Shown here: positions 61,821 through 64,000 of the stretch, piece by piece
Position numbering within the stretch: the first letter of the stretch is position 1
Layout of the letters: each line of letters begins with the position of its first letter
Program-made: the position numbers and the translations under genes
Origin: Sphagnum compactum
Lineage: Eukaryota
Assembly (NCBI GenBank): GCA_965153455.1
Contig: OZ234493.1
Coordinates: forward strand, 13,692,213 to 13,756,212
Direction of reading: 5' to 3'
DNA length: 64,000 bases
Notes under the pieces: model-generated
The model's database searches: none
What the model was told of the DNA's origin: nothing
What the model saw: the letters and a program-made list of their open reading frames with translations, nothing else

Positions 61821-64000
61821 ATGGAAAATTCATTCTCTCACTGTAAGAGAAAAGATGATGTTTCACAAGGACCACCAAAAAAAAGAAAAGGAGATGTTAT
61901 GCAGATCCATGATGTGATCGACACACCTCCAGTCATGGGTGAAAATACACCTTCAAGCTCTAGACAAGGCACCCATGTGGTGCGTCCTCTTGATTTTATG
62001 ATTGACTTGTTTTGCACATCTCTCTTTCTTGGGTTTTTTGAAGTTACATGTTGAAATTTGATATTAGTTTATGAGCTTCCTTGCTGAATACGAATAATTT
62101 TGCTTGTTTTTTTGTTGCATCATTTAAATCAACCAATATGGAATGAAATGATATCAAAACAAACTCTTACATTTGGGATTCATTTTGCTATAACAAGTAA
62201 AATTAGTGGAAGGAAAATTTGTCAATTGGCATTGACTATGTTCATATATAAAATTTGTAAGGATTGCAACTTTCAATGTAGATTGTGAGTAACTCCAAAG
62301 TGGTTTAAATCCAACAACATAATTATTAAAGAATTCTCTTGGACATAATTCTTGTGATTGTGTCCGAATTTTTTAAGAATTGAAACCCTTGCTGGCCATA
62401 ATTTGTGGAAAAAGTAGTGAAATGAAAATGAATTAGATTAATTAGGTGGTTTAATTAAAGAACCCAAAATTTGAAGATTTCAATTTTTAACATCACTCCT
62501 TGAATTTATTGGCTAATATTCCATCATACCATTATGTTATGATATTCAATTATAGAATTATATTTTGAAACTTACTTTGCATGTAAATGATCTTCTTTTG
62601 TGATTCAGTTGACTTTTTGAAAGAAAATTAACAACCCTAAAAAAATTGCAAATATGGGAATGGAATCAAAATTTAAATTTAAATGATGTTGCAAAATGAA
62701 TATAGTATTGTTTAATTCATAGATTATTGTCTTGTTCCACTTTACATTTTCAATGAACTATATGTATTTTGTCAAATATTGTGATCGTACACTTCAGGAG
62801 TTTTGCATTTCTTTGATTTTATGTAGAATCAAATTATTTTCAAGACTTATTTGATGAATCTTGTTGACATTTATTTTTTTGTCTTTTGCAGAAATATCCG
62901 GTGCATGATTTAAGTCCTAATTGCACTTCAAAGAACCTGAATTTGACCATCATTTTTTTCCATGGGATTGTTAAAGGGATTGATGATGATTGGAAGCAAA
63001 CATGGACAACACACCCCATCAATGGTAAAGAAGAATGCATATGTTGGCCACAAATTTGGATCCCAAAGGACTTGAATGACAATGTCAAAATTTTGTTGCT
63101 ATCATATGATTCTAATGTTGTGGCAAGTGTCCATAATGATGTGACTGAAATTGGTCGAAACCTCATTCAAAGCTTGGTTACAAATTCAAGGTGTGACAAT
63201 TTCCTTATGTATTGGCACTTTATTTTTCATTGTGTGTTTCAATTAAAGATAATTGACTGAGTTTTGACATCTTTCAATAAATTGTTCATGTGGAACATTA
63301 TTGTGGTACATTATCTTGAACAATTTGGAACTTTCAAATCCATTGAAGAGAACATGAAATGGGGCTTTGGTGTTAATTCTCATGTTGAGATGAATTCTTA
63401 ACAAAGTTTATGTTCACATTATCAAGTTGTGGGAATCCAATTTGGTTGTAGTGACAATTTGTTACGAAAGTTTTTGAAGTTTCATCTTTGGCACTCGAAC
63501 TAAATTTAATTACCTATATAATTTATTGAATTTGAATCCAATTTGTACCTATATTTAATCTCATATATATATATATATATATCTTACTTCCAATTTCCTA
63601 CATTCTATTATTTGAGTTAAATTGTCAATGTAACACATAAAAACTTATCTATACATTAACACTTGGAAGTGAATGCCTACATGCTTTTGCATAATAACTT
63701 ATTTACCCACATGTGATTCAAACATTTTATATGTAAATTTTTGAAAGAAAATGTAAAATGAAAAATAACTTGCAAACAAATATGTTATGGACTTATGGCT
63801 TAGGTTGTTGTGGTAATTGACAATTTGCACCAAATACAATATATGATTTTGTGACTATTTATACATGTACAGTACCATTAAAAATGTTTTGATGCATTTT
63901 TGGTGCATTTTGAAATATTTTGTAGGTATGAAACGCTTTGGGACAAACCAATAGCAATGGTCGCTTATAGTTTCGGAGGTCTTGTCCTCAAGAGCTTGGT
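61821..64000 (+). CDS. 5' part of a gene with an N-terminal alpha/beta-hydrolase (SERAC1/SesB-like) domain, probably a hydrolase-type NLR; exons 61821-61979, 62892-63190, 63926->end
   Basis: In-frame splice gives MENSF...PPKKRK...THV|KYPVHDL...TIIFFHGI...WKQTWT...CWPQIWIPKDL.DNVKILLLSYDS...IGRNLIQSLVTNSR|YETLWDKPIAMVAYSFGGLVLKSLV, containing the HG oxyanion strand and an SxGG nucleophile elbow. Any NB-ARC/LRR part would lie beyond the window and is not seen. Confidence 0.82.

Overview
AT-rich, repeat-dense eukaryotic nuclear DNA with GT-AG introns and a short TTTAGGG run. It is most likely a bryophyte; the repeat families and gene content suggest peat moss (Sphagnum), which is my inference. 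Plant-type genes: a 3-exon class III peroxidase (5689-7087), a PPPDE/DeSI1 isopeptidase (29688-32338), and the 5' part of a gene with an N-terminal alpha/beta-hydrolase domain resembling bryophyte hydrolase-NLRs (61821 to the window end). The most notable feature is a fungus-like block next to the peroxidase. It contains an N-truncated fungal-type membrane protein ORF (8021-8908), a degenerate reading frame split by a 5-kb Mutator-like element, and an intact, intronless 710-aa HET (heterokaryon-incompatibility) domain gene (18302-20434). Mobile DNA includes a Helitron Rep relic, a MULE with 36-bp TIRs and a 9-bp TSD, a hAT relic, and a CACTA element nested in an older transposase gene. It also includes a 2.1-kb foldback element and two non-autonomous Helitrons with near-identical 3' ends, one carrying a GC-rich CRE-like non-LTR retrotransposon. 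Family assignments come from motifs recognised by eye; no database searches were run.
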